From assembly GCA_964475005.1 (NCBI GenBank), contig CAYYUZ010000006.1:1-56965 (forward strand): 56,965 nucleotides of DNA, read 5' to 3'. The notes under the pieces were generated by a model. That model was not told the origin of the DNA. It did not search any database and saw only the letters and a list, made by a program, of their open reading frames with translations. Made by a program: the position numbers and the translations under genes. Shown in pieces: positions 9,647 to 19,855 of this stretch. This stretch comes from an uncultured Spirochaetales bacterium. GTDB taxonomy: Bacteria; Spirochaetota; Spirochaetia; JABEVK01. The first letter of the stretch is position 1; every line of letters starts with the position of its first letter.

Positions 9647-10339
9647 TCAAAGGGCCGTTGACTGCGCTCAGACCTGGTCAACTTCACGGAGAATGACCCG
9701 TGGCCAATCTGGCTTTTTCTGTGTGTGAGACAGGCCTGCGATGAGACGAGGTCCCGCCGGGAGGACCAGTCTGGCCGCAAGAAACGGTCTCCCTCCCGGT
9801 TTTCGAAGCTTCGGAATGCTCGTGGCTGCCCCTTCGTGGACACAGTCACGAGCGGTTCCTAAAGCCGACCGCTGCTGACCCCCTCGTCGCCAAAAGTACG
9901 TCGACGCTCAGTCGGCTGTGCGTTCCCGGTAATATAGGATTATCGGGAAATTGTCGAGAGATGGGTGTCTCGCTCTCGAGGCTTAGCAGAACTAGATGGG
10001 AGTGTCGGGTACCGCTTGATCCGGCGATGCGTTCGATAGGCAGGCCTAGGGAAAGCGATGCTTGGCAACACACTTGTCTGAAATCTGCCATGTTCCTGCA
10101 ACGATGGTGCAGTATTGACCCTAGTAGTTGCGAAAATGATTGTTCATCGAGCAGGCAGTCCGCGGCTGAAGCTGGTTCACTGGTCTTGAGGTTCCGTAGG
10201 CGCTGGATTTTGGCAATCGAACGGAGAGGTCGGTGCCCAACAAGTAGTCGATAGTTGGCTATTCTTTTCGCTTGACCCCACGCTTTGGATGTAGCAGGAT
10301 GATCGATGTCGTAGCGAACGGAATCAATGGGGGCAATTT

Positions 10340-13141
10340 GTGCACCTGAACTCGATCCTCAGCCACAACCGTCTCGAGAGACCTGATGGCCGACCTTTGT
10401 TTCGCTATCGGGTTCCGCAGGAGCTATTGCTACCCCTTGAAGAGGAAGTGCGATCAGAGTTTCGTAACACGTCCACACGCGAGGGTGCTCCGCTATTCTG
10501 CCTCTGGGCCAGCAGGAAGCTCCGCTCTCTCAACGACGAGATCCCTGGTCATCTGAGCTGGAATCTTCTAGGGCTTGGGCCGAAGATCGGCCGCAACCTA
10601 ATGGTAGCGTGGACTGATTTGGGTTTCAGCTATTTGAGGCGTCCGATCCACCGCAGCGAGGACGAATCGCAGCTCCGGTTGTACTCCCTCTACCTCGAGG
10701 GAGGAATTCCTCTGCGCCAACTTCAAAAGGAACTGTGGTCCGAAGTCAAGGAACTTTTTGGCTCTCTTCGCCATCTGGGAAATACCATCGAACTGGCGAT
10801 GATCTACGCTAGAGTAACTGAGACCTTGCCCGACCTCCCGGGGCTGAAGTCCCAAGCTCTGACGATCCTTCTCCGCGGTCTACTTCTGCTCGATCGGGAC
10901 CTACAGTTTCAATCGACTTTTCCCTCTGCTTGGTCGGAATCGACCCGTACTAGCGCCTCCACACTGCTAAACGTCGAGCTGGTAGGGGACTTGTCCTGGC
11001 TCGACAGTTTGCTGAAGGAGACGCCGAGGGTGGTCCGCCGACGAACTTGTGAGGGAGAATGGCTTGTGGCGCGGGTGAGCGACGGGGGCCATGGTCTGAC
11101 TTTCAACTATCGTCCGGACCTGCCCAAGAAACTGCTTCCCGGGGAGCTACTCCGAGATACTTGGATATACATTAACGTCGACCAGCGTCGCCACTTTGTG
11201 GGTCGGTATGAGCGGACAGCCCTCGGTCCCATCCTTCAGGACCAGAGGTCGGTAGTCTATGACCCAGCGGACTCCTGGAACTCGGTTCGCCTTGAGGCAG
11301 AGGACGAGGACGAAGAACCATCGAAGTGTCCCGTGAGTCTCAAGAAGTTCGAGCGACCCGGATTTCCATGTCTCGTAAGAAGAGAAGGAGGAGCCGGCGA
11401 AAAATGGCTGCTGGTTCCGAATGATTGGACCCTGGAGCGGACTTCCGGTGCGGTGGAAACCCTGGCCGACTGGAAACTCTGTCCGTTTGAAGCCTCTTTG
11501 CGGGTACTTGACCCCCAAGGGTTCGAGTATCAGGAGGAGCAGGCCTCCCAGAACCCAGTTCCGCCCCTCGACGGGTGGCAATCGCTCGAGGGGGTCCTTT
11601 TCGGAGGAAAGCCAGTCCGGACATCCCTTCCGGGAACCTTGAAGGCCTGGTCCCGAGACCGAGATAACGGCCTAGTTCGGTTCCGTTACCGGACCGAGGC
11701 TGGCAAGATCCGAAAGAGGGTCGACGAAGTAATCCTTCCTGGCTTGTCAGTGGAAGGAAGAATCTTCCCGCCGTCGTCTGCCCAAGTCATGCCGAAGGTC
11801 TCATGGACAGTGAGGGTTCCCGCTGGCTGGGCCTGGACAGAGGATGGCATCGTCAGGAACCAGGACGGCGATCTATGGAAGTTCCAAACCAATTTCCGAC
11901 TCGACCGAGGAGAGGAGGCGGGGGAGCCGTTCACATTCACCGACACGACCCAGACCCTCACGCTGACATGTTTTGCTTCTCCGCAGATATTCCTAAGTGA
12001 GACTGAATACTCTCCGTTTCTCGCTGACAAGACAAGCACACTTTGGGAGAAAGACGTGGGCGAAAAGTGGTGGGTCTTCAAGACAAAACGAGTCAAGAAA
12101 CTGGTGGTCAACGATGTCGCTTTCGACCAGGACATCCCGGAGGATGTCTCGGCTCGGCCTGGACAGATTCTGCTTCGGTCCTTAGTCGAGGGTCTAGTCC
12201 CCGAGTTCGACGAAGGAGACCCTCTACGGAGATTTCGGGCCTTCCGTCTCAGAGTCCACCACGATGAGGCCGTCCACACTTCCGGCTATCATGACGAATT
12301 GAATCTTTCCTTAGAGAACTGCGGAGTCTACTTGGCCAGCGAGTCGCTCAATCGCCTGGGCCAAGGCCAATGGGTGTCCATAAACGCCACCGGCCTAAGC
12401 GCCCGGCCAGAGCCTCCAGCCTTGTGTGCACTAGCGCTCTGGAATTCCGGTACCGAACCGCTCCTCCTAAACCAGCTTGGTGACGAATACTGCCTACCCG
12501 AGGGATGGAGGTCGAGCCCCGACGGAATGTATCTCATCTACTGCGAGATCGAACCACTGTGGCTCCGGCCAACCCTGTTTCACCTTCAGAGCGAGGAGTC
12601 CTTTCGAGGTAAACTGCTCCCGCTTGAGGTCATTGCCAGGGGCGAACAGGTTCTCCAGCAACTCTTGGACCACCCCGGCTCAGTGGACAACTACTACACA
12701 CTATCGCTCAAGCAGTATCACGAAGTGTTTGATACCCTGAAGCTTGACCCTGATAACCCGGAATGGAGGTCTCTTTGGCTGCTCGCTGAGCGGTTCAGCG
12801 CCTTCGGACCCGATTTTCTTTTTCAAATGAAAGTCCTTCGGGACATGCTAGAAAACGGCGGCGTTGAGGCGACTACTTCGCTCCTGTGCCTACTCTGGTT
12901 GTACAGGAGTGGCCACCAATCTGGGGCCGATGTCGAGGTCCTCGTCCAGCGATTTCGCCGTCTACTCAAAAGTCTTGAAACGAAGGTACAGGTCCCGTTG
13001 CCCTTGAAGGTGCTGTTGTCGAATTCCGTGCTGGCTGGGGCCTTCGTCGAAGCTCTCGAGTTCGTCCCCGAGGCCTGGCTTGAAGCCCAAGCCGACCTGA
13101 GACAGGTAGTTCAAGTTCTAAGACCAGAGGCCTTTGTATGA
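10340..13141 (+). CDS. STY4851/ECs_5259-like protein, probable Druantia type III DruH
   Basis: N-terminal L..PDGRPLFRYR motif and LYSLYLEGGIP; 4-bp ATGA overlap with a DUF1998 helicase. Confidence 0.6.
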   Translation: MHLNSILSHNRLERPDGRPLFRYRVPQELLLPLEEEVRSEFRNTSTREGAPLFCLWASRKLRSLNDEIPGHLSWNLLGLGPKIGRNLMVAWTDLGFSYLRRPIHRSEDESQLRLYSLYLEGGIPLRQLQKELWSEVKELFGSLRHLGNTIELAMIYARVTETLPDLPGLKSQALTILLRGLLLLDRDLQFQSTFPSAWSESTRTSASTLLNVELVGDLSWLDSLLKETPRVVRRRTCEGEWLVARVSDGGHGLTFNYRPDLPKKLLPGELLRDTWIYINVDQRRHFVGRYERTALGPILQDQRSVVYDPADSWNSVRLEAEDEDEEPSKCPVSLKKFERPGFPCLVRREGGAGEKWLLVPNDWTLERTSGAVETLADWKLCPFEASLRVLDPQGFEYQEEQASQNPVPPLDGWQSLEGVLFGGKPVRTSLPGTLKAWSRDRDNGLVRFRYRTEAGKIRKRVDEVILPGLSVEGRIFPPSSAQVMPKVSWTVRVPAGWAWTEDGIVRNQDGDLWKFQTNFRLDRGEEAGEPFTFTDTTQTLTLTCFASPQIFLSETEYSPFLADKTSTLWEKDVGEKWWVFKTKRVKKLVVNDVAFDQDIPEDVSARPGQILLRSLVEGLVPEFDEGDPLRRFRAFRLRVHHDEAVHTSGYHDELNLSLENCGVYLASESLNRLGQGQWVSINATGLSARPEPPALCALALWNSGTEPLLLNQLGDEYCLPEGWRSSPDGMYLIYCEIEPLWLRPTLFHLQSEESFRGKLLPLEVIARGEQVLQQLLDHPGSVDNYYTLSLKQYHEVFDTLKLDPDNPEWRSLWLLAERFSAFGPDFLFQMKVLRDMLENGGVEATTSLLCLLWLYRSGHQSGADVEVLVQRFRRLLKSLETKVQVPLPLKVLLSNSVLAGAFVEALEFVPEAWLEAQADLRQVVQVLRPEAFV

Positions 13142-16100
13142 ATCCACTCTTATCCTTTCCGAGTGACCTGCGTGAAACCATTGCGGATTCGGTTCTCTCC
13201 GACTGGAAACTCAAGCATCCTGACCTTTCCATCTGGCTTCGGGATCAGTTCATTCAGGGTTCCGGGGCCGATCTATCCCTGATGGCCGAACCCGTGGCAA
13301 AGGCATTGTTCCGCTACCAGACCTATCCGAGGACTTTGAGCCAGCTTGCAGCCGCGGGCCTGCTCAACCCACTGCTTCTTAAGGAAGTTCCGAAACTCCT
13401 TGGTGGAATGCCAAACGAACTTGCGAGTCCCTATTCCCACCAGGGCCTCGCGTGGGAGTCGCTCCTGGCCAATCAGCCACGGGCAACTCTACTGAGCGCG
13501 GGCACGGCCTCCGGCAAGACTCAGGCCTTTATGGTTCCCATTGTTAACACTCTTGTCGACCAGCTTTCGAAGAGGGGCGTCGTCGACGAGGGGGTCCAGG
13601 CGTTGATCCTCTATCCTCTCAACGCCTTGATCGAGGACCAACAGCAACGGCTGACAAGTTACCTCAGGCCCTTTGGGGGAGAGTTGAGATTCAGCCGTTG
13701 GAACGGCCAGACTCCCGAGGACGTCCCGAACGCCGAGCAGGCTCGAGTTCCCTGGGAGGTCCTGGATCGCCGTGGAATGCGTTCCCGGCCCGCCTCCATC
13801 CTCATCACGAACATCACGATGCTCGAATACCTTCTCCTCCGCGACGCTGACGCCCCCATCCTCGCCAAGTCGAGGGGCAAGCTCCGCTATGTGGTCGTGG
13901 ATGAGGCCCACAATTATCAAGGTGCTCAGGCCGTTGAACTTGCGTTGCTTCTCAAGCGAGTCCTCGATGCCTTTGACGTGAGTCCCGATGACGTGCGGTT
14001 CTCGGCCTTTTCGGCAACCCTGGGAGACCGCACAAAGCCGGAACCTCTCGTCGAGTTCTTGAGGAATCTCTCGGGTAGAAGCGACGACCGGCTGGACGTC
14101 ATTCACGATCAGCCCGTTCCGGTCACCCCTACCCTCAGTCCAGGTTCTCGCTATTTTACGTGGGCCCAGGCTTTCGAAGGGGCCGACAACGCCTCAGTGT
14201 TCCTGAGGGACCTTGCCGCAATTGAAGGGAGTCCACCGACGGCGTTCCTGGCCCAGCTGGAGGAATTCAGCCTGGAACCGCCTCGGGGCACTGGCTTGAG
14301 CCTGAGGCTGAATCTGTTCGTGAAGACCCTCCCCGGACTGTACGCCTGCTCGAATTCCTTCTGTGAGGCGAAGCCAGCGGTCCCTTCCTGGCCTTACGGA
14401 CGGTTCTTCTCCGAAACGCAAATCCACTGCCCGGCCTGCGGGTACCCTGTGGGCCAAGTCGTCCGGTGCGATACCTGTGGCGAGCCCCATCTATCACTAA
14501 TGGAGGATCCCGATGCGGCGGGAAAGCCCCATCTCACGGCGTTGCCCAAACCATTCTACCAATTGGTGGGCGACGAGGACCTCGACGACGAAACCGAGGC
14601 GAAGCCTGGAAATCTTCGACTCTTAGGGCCACCCTTGCCGGAGAGGACCAAGTATCTAGCCTCCACCGGTCGGGTGTTTGAAACCCAAGGGAAGGGGAGT
14701 CCCATCGCTTACGACTACTACTTGGATCAGGACAAGCAGACTCAGCCCATCTGTGTTTCGTGCGGCATAAGGGGAATCCGCCATTTCGCCGCTCTCCGAG
14801 CGGACGAGCCTTTCCTTCTTAACTTGTTCCCGGCGGAAGTTCTCAGGGTCTCCGCTCCCGAGCCGGACCAAGAGAAGGCGAAGCTACTTCCGCTGGGTGG
14901 CCGTCGGGCCCTCTCGTTCACAGATGCACGCCAGAAAACGGCGCGCTATTCGCTGAACGCACGTCTGGACGCCGAACGCAACTGGGTCCGTCAGTGGCTC
15001 GTGAGGACTCTCGTCCACGGCGCCAAAACACCCAAGGTGCTAATCAACAAGCTTTCGGCCCAACTCGAACAACCTCCGCTCAGGTTTCTGCGGGACTACT
15101 ACGAGCCTGCGGTCTCAAAGGCCCGGGACCTTGCCTCTATTCTCGTCCTTCGGGAGCTGGGCCGCCGTTCCCGCCGAGGCAGCAACCTCGAGAGCCTAGG
15201 TTTGGTTACGCTAGAATTTCCCGAACTGACCGTGATTCCCATTCCGGCAGTGGTCAGCGAACTCCACATTTCAGACGGGGACTGGCGCCGATTCCTGACG
15301 ATCTTCGCGAAGACCCGGGTGCGTACCAACTGGTGGTTTGACCTCGACGACTGGGACGAAGCCGTGTACCTGCTCCAGTCCTACGTGACCTTCAACCGCA
15401 ATCAGCCTCTCCTGAAAGGCTTTGGTATCGACGACTGCTCGATGGTCAACGGCGCAACGAAAAAGGCGAACCAGTTCGGGGAACTGCTTTTCGGCCCTGA
15501 CAGCGCGGTCGTCGAGAATCCCGCTACTCACCAACGGTTGATGGCCGCCGTTTTCGACGGGCTTGCCCCGCTTTGCAATTCCGATTCCCCCGGACTCCAG
15601 CGGTTGGATTTCCTGGAACAGGTTTCTGTCCGGTTGCTTCCTGAGTTTTCCTATGGCTCGGGGTCCGGTGAAATCGTTGCCGAGACGCTTCATGGGCGGC
15701 ATCCAATGTTCGGAAGGGGCGCAGTCGGCACGACGCCTTGGGGTTTGGACTTCATTGAGCTCTGTAGCATTCCCAGGGCCGACCTGAACCCCAAGACGAC
15801 CGATCGACTTCACGAGCTAAGGCAGATGGGCTTCTGGAACCGCTACCAAGAACGGATCTTCTTCGGTACGCACAGCTACGTCATCCAAGAACACAGTGCT
15901 CAGATCGGTGCTGCCGAGTTGAAGGTCCGCAACGAGGGTTTCCGCGACGGGACGATCAACTACTTGTTTTGCACGACGACCATGGAGATGGGCGTCGACA
16001 TCGGTGAACTCAGCGCCGTGGTGATGAACAACGTCCCGCCGTTGCCCGGCAACTATCAGCAACGGTCTGGGCGGGCTGGACGAGCCGGACAGAAGGTCTC

Positions 16101-17784
16101 GGTGGCCCTCACACTCTGTCCGCCCCGGCCCCTCAGCCTTCAGATCTACCAGAATCCACTATCGCTCCTTGGGCCGACCCCGGTACCTCGGGTGCAGTTT
16201 CTTTCGCGTGAAGTGGTATTCCGCCAGTTCCGGGCCCTGGCCTTGGGACTCTGGATTCGGAGCGCCCATACGGTGGACCCCTGGAAGTCGGTAGGACAGT
16301 TTTTTGTCTCCGAAATTCCAGGGGCTCCCAGCCGCTCCGAGGCATTCCTGATCTGGTTGCAGGCGCCACCGATCGAAGCGTTGGATCGGCTCACAGCTTT
16401 CTTGGCCGGGACACCCTTTGAGGCCGACAGTTCGTTCGCCTTGGTCCGAGCCCACGACCTGATGTCCGCGGTCGCGGGTGAGTGGAAAGACATCGTCGAG
16501 CGGGTGGAACAGGAGATACGTGTTGCGATTCAGGAAGGACGAGCAAGGGCAGCAACGGCGTTGGGCTTCAAGCTTGGTTCCCTCAAGGGTGAGAACCTGA
16601 TCGGGCATCTTTGCCGACAGTTGTTTCTACCAACCTACGGCTTCCCGACCCGTGTGGTCGAACTCGAGCTTCCCAAGAAGTACTACTCAGGCAGTGGGGC
16701 TAATGGAGGGTCCTCGTTTCGCGGTGGCTCGGGTCCAAGCCGCTCGACCTCTATGGCCATCCGTGAGTACGCCCCTAGCGCCAGTGTTCTGGTGGACCAG
16801 CATAATTTTAGGGTAGCTGGCGTGATTCCTAAAAGACGGTATCGCGATAGCGGCGCGAAACAGCAGGTGGTCAATCAACTTTGGTACTGCACCCACTGCG
16901 GGGCGGCGGGTGACGACTACCTCCCGAACTGCCCGAATTGCTTGAAGCCAGTCGATGCAGTGAGGTTCCTTGAGCCACAGGCCTTCTCGGTCGACGAGGA
17001 GTTTCCGTTAGTCCCTCTGGAGGAAGACTCACAAAGGGGCCAGATCGAAGTTCGCCCGCTGCTTCCCTCTGACCCGAAGGCGGCCGTCGTGTATGCGGAC
17101 ACCTCGGGGAAACTGGAACTCGACTTCTACAAGGACGGGACGGCCCGAGTCTTCCAGGCCAACCGAGGCCAGGGAGCCGGACGTCGCTACAACGGTTTCG
17201 TCTACTGCAATCGCTGTCATCGTGCCGAGCTTCGAACTTCAGGCACGGCCTGGCGTGACTCCTTCACCTTGAACAACGCCGGGCGGCACTACGACCTCCA
17301 ACACTCACGGAAGTTCTGCGGGGCTGTCGAAACTGACCTTACCCAGGGTCTCGCGCTCGGGTTCGTAATGAAGACCGATGTGCTCCTCCTCAAGGCCCCG
17401 ACCCTTTGGGGCCACGACGAGGTCAAAGCCTGGACCGTCGGCGCGGTACTACGGGACGTACTGGCCCGGGAGCTCAGTATCGTCACCGACGACCTCGGCC
17501 TCGAGATTCTGACCTGGGAGGGGCAGCAGGTGATCATTCTCTACGATAGCCAGGAAGGTGGCGCGGGCCTGGTCGCCCAGGTGCCAGAACGATTGTCAGT
17601 GCTTTGGACTCAAGCTCTCAGGCTCCTAGCTTGCCGTGACAGTACCGACCAAGGCTGCGACCTAGTCTGCCACCATTGTCTACTGTCATACCAGACCCAG
17701 CATCTCGCAGATCAAGGGCTTCTTGACCGCAAGAAGGGACTCGAAGCATTGAAGACACTTCCGAATGGGCCCCATTTCGACTAG
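13138..17784 (+). CDS. SF2 DEAH helicase with C-terminal DUF1998, probable Druantia DruE
   Basis: GTASGKT, YPLNALIEDQ, DEAH, TTTMEMGVDIG, QRSGRAGR, several CxxC motifs, C-terminal C..C..CHHCLLSY Zn cluster. Confidence 0.85.
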   Translation: MNPLLSFPSDLRETIADSVLSDWKLKHPDLSIWLRDQFIQGSGADLSLMAEPVAKALFRYQTYPRTLSQLAAAGLLNPLLLKEVPKLLGGMPNELASPYSHQGLAWESLLANQPRATLLSAGTASGKTQAFMVPIVNTLVDQLSKRGVVDEGVQALILYPLNALIEDQQQRLTSYLRPFGGELRFSRWNGQTPEDVPNAEQARVPWEVLDRRGMRSRPASILITNITMLEYLLLRDADAPILAKSRGKLRYVVVDEAHNYQGAQAVELALLLKRVLDAFDVSPDDVRFSAFSATLGDRTKPEPLVEFLRNLSGRSDDRLDVIHDQPVPVTPTLSPGSRYFTWAQAFEGADNASVFLRDLAAIEGSPPTAFLAQLEEFSLEPPRGTGLSLRLNLFVKTLPGLYACSNSFCEAKPAVPSWPYGRFFSETQIHCPACGYPVGQVVRCDTCGEPHLSLMEDPDAAGKPHLTALPKPFYQLVGDEDLDDETEAKPGNLRLLGPPLPERTKYLASTGRVFETQGKGSPIAYDYYLDQDKQTQPICVSCGIRGIRHFAALRADEPFLLNLFPAEVLRVSAPEPDQEKAKLLPLGGRRALSFTDARQKTARYSLNARLDAERNWVRQWLVRTLVHGAKTPKVLINKLSAQLEQPPLRFLRDYYEPAVSKARDLASILVLRELGRRSRRGSNLESLGLVTLEFPELTVIPIPAVVSELHISDGDWRRFLTIFAKTRVRTNWWFDLDDWDEAVYLLQSYVTFNRNQPLLKGFGIDDCSMVNGATKKANQFGELLFGPDSAVVENPATHQRLMAAVFDGLAPLCNSDSPGLQRLDFLEQVSVRLLPEFSYGSGSGEIVAETLHGRHPMFGRGAVGTTPWGLDFIELCSIPRADLNPKTTDRLHELRQMGFWNRYQERIFFGTHSYVIQEHSAQIGAAELKVRNEGFRDGTINYLFCTTTMEMGVDIGELSAVVMNNVPPLPGNYQQRSGRAGRAGQKVSVALTLCPPRPLSLQIYQNPLSLLGPTPVPRVQFLSREVVFRQFRALALGLWIRSAHTVDPWKSVGQFFVSEIPGAPSRSEAFLIWLQAPPIEALDRLTAFLAGTPFEADSSFALVRAHDLMSAVAGEWKDIVERVEQEIRVAIQEGRARAATALGFKLGSLKGENLIGHLCRQLFLPTYGFPTRVVELELPKKYYSGSGANGGSSFRGGSGPSRSTSMAIREYAPSASVLVDQHNFRVAGVIPKRRYRDSGAKQQVVNQLWYCTHCGAAGDDYLPNCPNCLKPVDAVRFLEPQAFSVDEEFPLVPLEEDSQRGQIEVRPLLPSDPKAAVVYADTSGKLELDFYKDGTARVFQANRGQGAGRRYNGFVYCNRCHRAELRTSGTAWRDSFTLNNAGRHYDLQHSRKFCGAVETDLTQGLALGFVMKTDVLLLKAPTLWGHDEVKAWTVGAVLRDVLARELSIVTDDLGLEILTWEGQQVIILYDSQEGGAGLVAQVPERLSVLWTQALRLLACRDSTDQGCDLVCHHCLLSYQTQHLADQGLLDRKKGLEALKTLPNGPHFD

Positions 17785-18031
17785 GTGGTTGTAGCCGGGA
17801 ACTCCCTTTTGGTCTTAATGCCCATCGCCTCGGCTTGATCGAATACCGACAACGCTCGTGCCAAATCGTGATACTCCGTATGAAAAGAATGACCCGATAA
17901 TGTATGCGACCCTGCGTCCGATTATCGAAACAGTCAAGAAGCTGTGTTTGCCTTGTTTTCCAGATGTGGCGGGCATATGGTAAGGCAGCCCTAGAACTTG
18001 ACTCGGATATCTATCCGAAGGAGCCCAATGT

Positions 18032-19855
18032 ATGCCTGAGACAAAAACCAATCGGTTTACGAAGTACTTTCCACTACTACTGGACGCCCTGCGCTCGACC
18101 GACCCCACACCAATGAAACCTTCCGATGTACGAGACTGGGTTGGGACACATGGAACTGTCTCACAAGAAGACCTTTCTCGAAGAATTGTTAATGGTGTTC
18201 AGTCCATATTCGAGAATGACATTCATTGGGCTCGCTTCTATCTCGCCAAGGCTGGGCTCATTTCCAGCCAGAAGCGGGGCTTGTGGAGCCTGACACCCGC
18301 CGGCCGCGATACCCGCTTGACTCCAGAGAGCACCTGGGAGCTCTACGTTAGGATCAGAGACGCTAACAGACCCGGCGCGACAGACGAAGAGGCCTCACCT
18401 GCACCTCAGGACGATGATGCTGAAGCTCAACGCCAAGCCTTCTGGTTTGTTGGGGCTTTTTGGGATGATGGCACACAGGACCAGACCGAGAGGTTTCTCA
18501 GAGAAGGAATATGGACCAATGGCTGGGAAGGCAAATTTCAGAATCTCGTTACCAAGATGAAACCAGGTGACAAGATTGCTATCAAAGCTTCCTTCGTGCA
18601 GAAAAGAAAGCTGCCGTTCGATATTGGGGGCCGATCAGCCTCATGTATGAAAATAAAGGCCACGGGGACAATCACCGGTAACAAAGGCGATGGGAAGACT
18701 GTGACTGTCGATTGGGACCCTCTCCCATCCAAGCAGCGTGTTTGGTATTTCTATACATACAGGAGCACTATTGTCGAGGTCGATATCGACGATGAAGGGG
18801 CCCTGCAGCTTATTAAGTTCTGCTTCAATGATGTTCCACAGGACTACGCTTGGTGGCTGGCTCAGCCCTACTGGGTCAATAAGTACGGGACTCCAAGACA
18901 GGTGCTTTTGCAGACAAACACGGATGCTGATGAAGACGACTCCGACGAAACCGAGGAGCCAGCTTACACGCTGAATGACATCATCAGCGACGGTAGTTTT
19001 CTAGCAATCGGTACTCTCGATGAAATCATGGCACGGTGGAGAGAAAAGAAGAATTTGATTCTTCAGGGACCCCCTGGTACAGGGAAGACCTTCTTGGCCA
19101 AAAGACTTGGTTACGCGTTGATCGGCTCAAAGGACAGAGAAACCACTCGATCACGTCTTCGAGTCGTCCAATTTCACCCTTCTCTTGCCTATGAGGATTT
19201 TGTACGAGGGTGGCGACCACTTGGAAAAGATGGACTCGGTCTTGTCGACGGGATCTTCATGCAAGCTATTGCGGCCGCGGCTAGCGAACCGGATAGGGAA
19301 TACGTTTTGGTTATCGAGGAGATCAACCGAGGAAATCCTGCCCAGATTTTTGGTGAATTAATTACCCTCATTGAGTCTGGGAAGCGTCGGCGCGATGAGG
19401 CTATCGAACTCGCCTACAAAAAGGCCGACTCCGAACAGGTTTTTGTCCCGGAAAATCTCTACATCATTGGCACAATGAATGTTGCCGACCGGTCCTTAGC
19501 CCTTGTTGATCTAGCGCTTCGTCGACGTTTCGCCTTTGTCGATCTCGAACCAACCCTGGGTCCAGCATGGGCAGCGTGGTGTGACGCTCGTGGCTTGTCC
19601 CAGGATATCGTCGGACTCATCCAAAAGCGGATCGATACCCTTAATAACCAGATAAGTACCTCACCTTCACTAGGACCTCAACTTCGTGTAGGTCAGAGCT
19701 ATGTGACACCCGATCGTGAAGAGCGGATTCTCGACGGAAAGAACTGGTACCGACGCAAAGTAGAAACAGAGATTGGACCCCTGCTCGACGAGTACTGGTA
19801 CGATAGTCCTGAGGTTTCTAAGAAGGCCCGCAATGAGCTCCTCCTCGGACTCTGA
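18032..19855 (+). CDS. mcrB: McrB-family AAA+ GTPase with N-terminal Mrr_N-like winged helix and a second putative DNA-reader domain
   Basis: GPPGTGKT, EEINRGN, GTMNVADRS (NxxD), ALRRRF; N-terminal FENDIHWARFYLAKAGLI...RGLWSLT. Confidence 0.9.
   Translation: MPETKTNRFTKYFPLLLDALRSTDPTPMKPSDVRDWVGTHGTVSQEDLSRRIVNGVQSIFENDIHWARFYLAKAGLISSQKRGLWSLTPAGRDTRLTPESTWELYVRIRDANRPGATDEEASPAPQDDDAEAQRQAFWFVGAFWDDGTQDQTERFLREGIWTNGWEGKFQNLVTKMKPGDKIAIKASFVQKRKLPFDIGGRSASCMKIKATGTITGNKGDGKTVTVDWDPLPSKQRVWYFYTYRSTIVEVDIDDEGALQLIKFCFNDVPQDYAWWLAQPYWVNKYGTPRQVLLQTNTDADEDDSDETEEPAYTLNDIISDGSFLAIGTLDEIMARWREKKNLILQGPPGTGKTFLAKRLGYALIGSKDRETTRSRLRVVQFHPSLAYEDFVRGWRPLGKDGLGLVDGIFMQAIAAAASEPDREYVLVIEEINRGNPAQIFGELITLIESGKRRRDEAIELAYKKADSEQVFVPENLYIIGTMNVADRSLALVDLALRRRFAFVDLEPTLGPAWAAWCDARGLSQDIVGLIQKRIDTLNNQISTSPSLGPQLRVGQSYVTPDREERILDGKNWYRRKVETEIGPLLDEYWYDSPEVSKKARNELLLGL

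Noticed and set aside
9650-10335. Short ORFs in the 700-bp gap before the DruH-like gene
   Set aside because: No motifs or RBS; no repeat or RNA structure recognised
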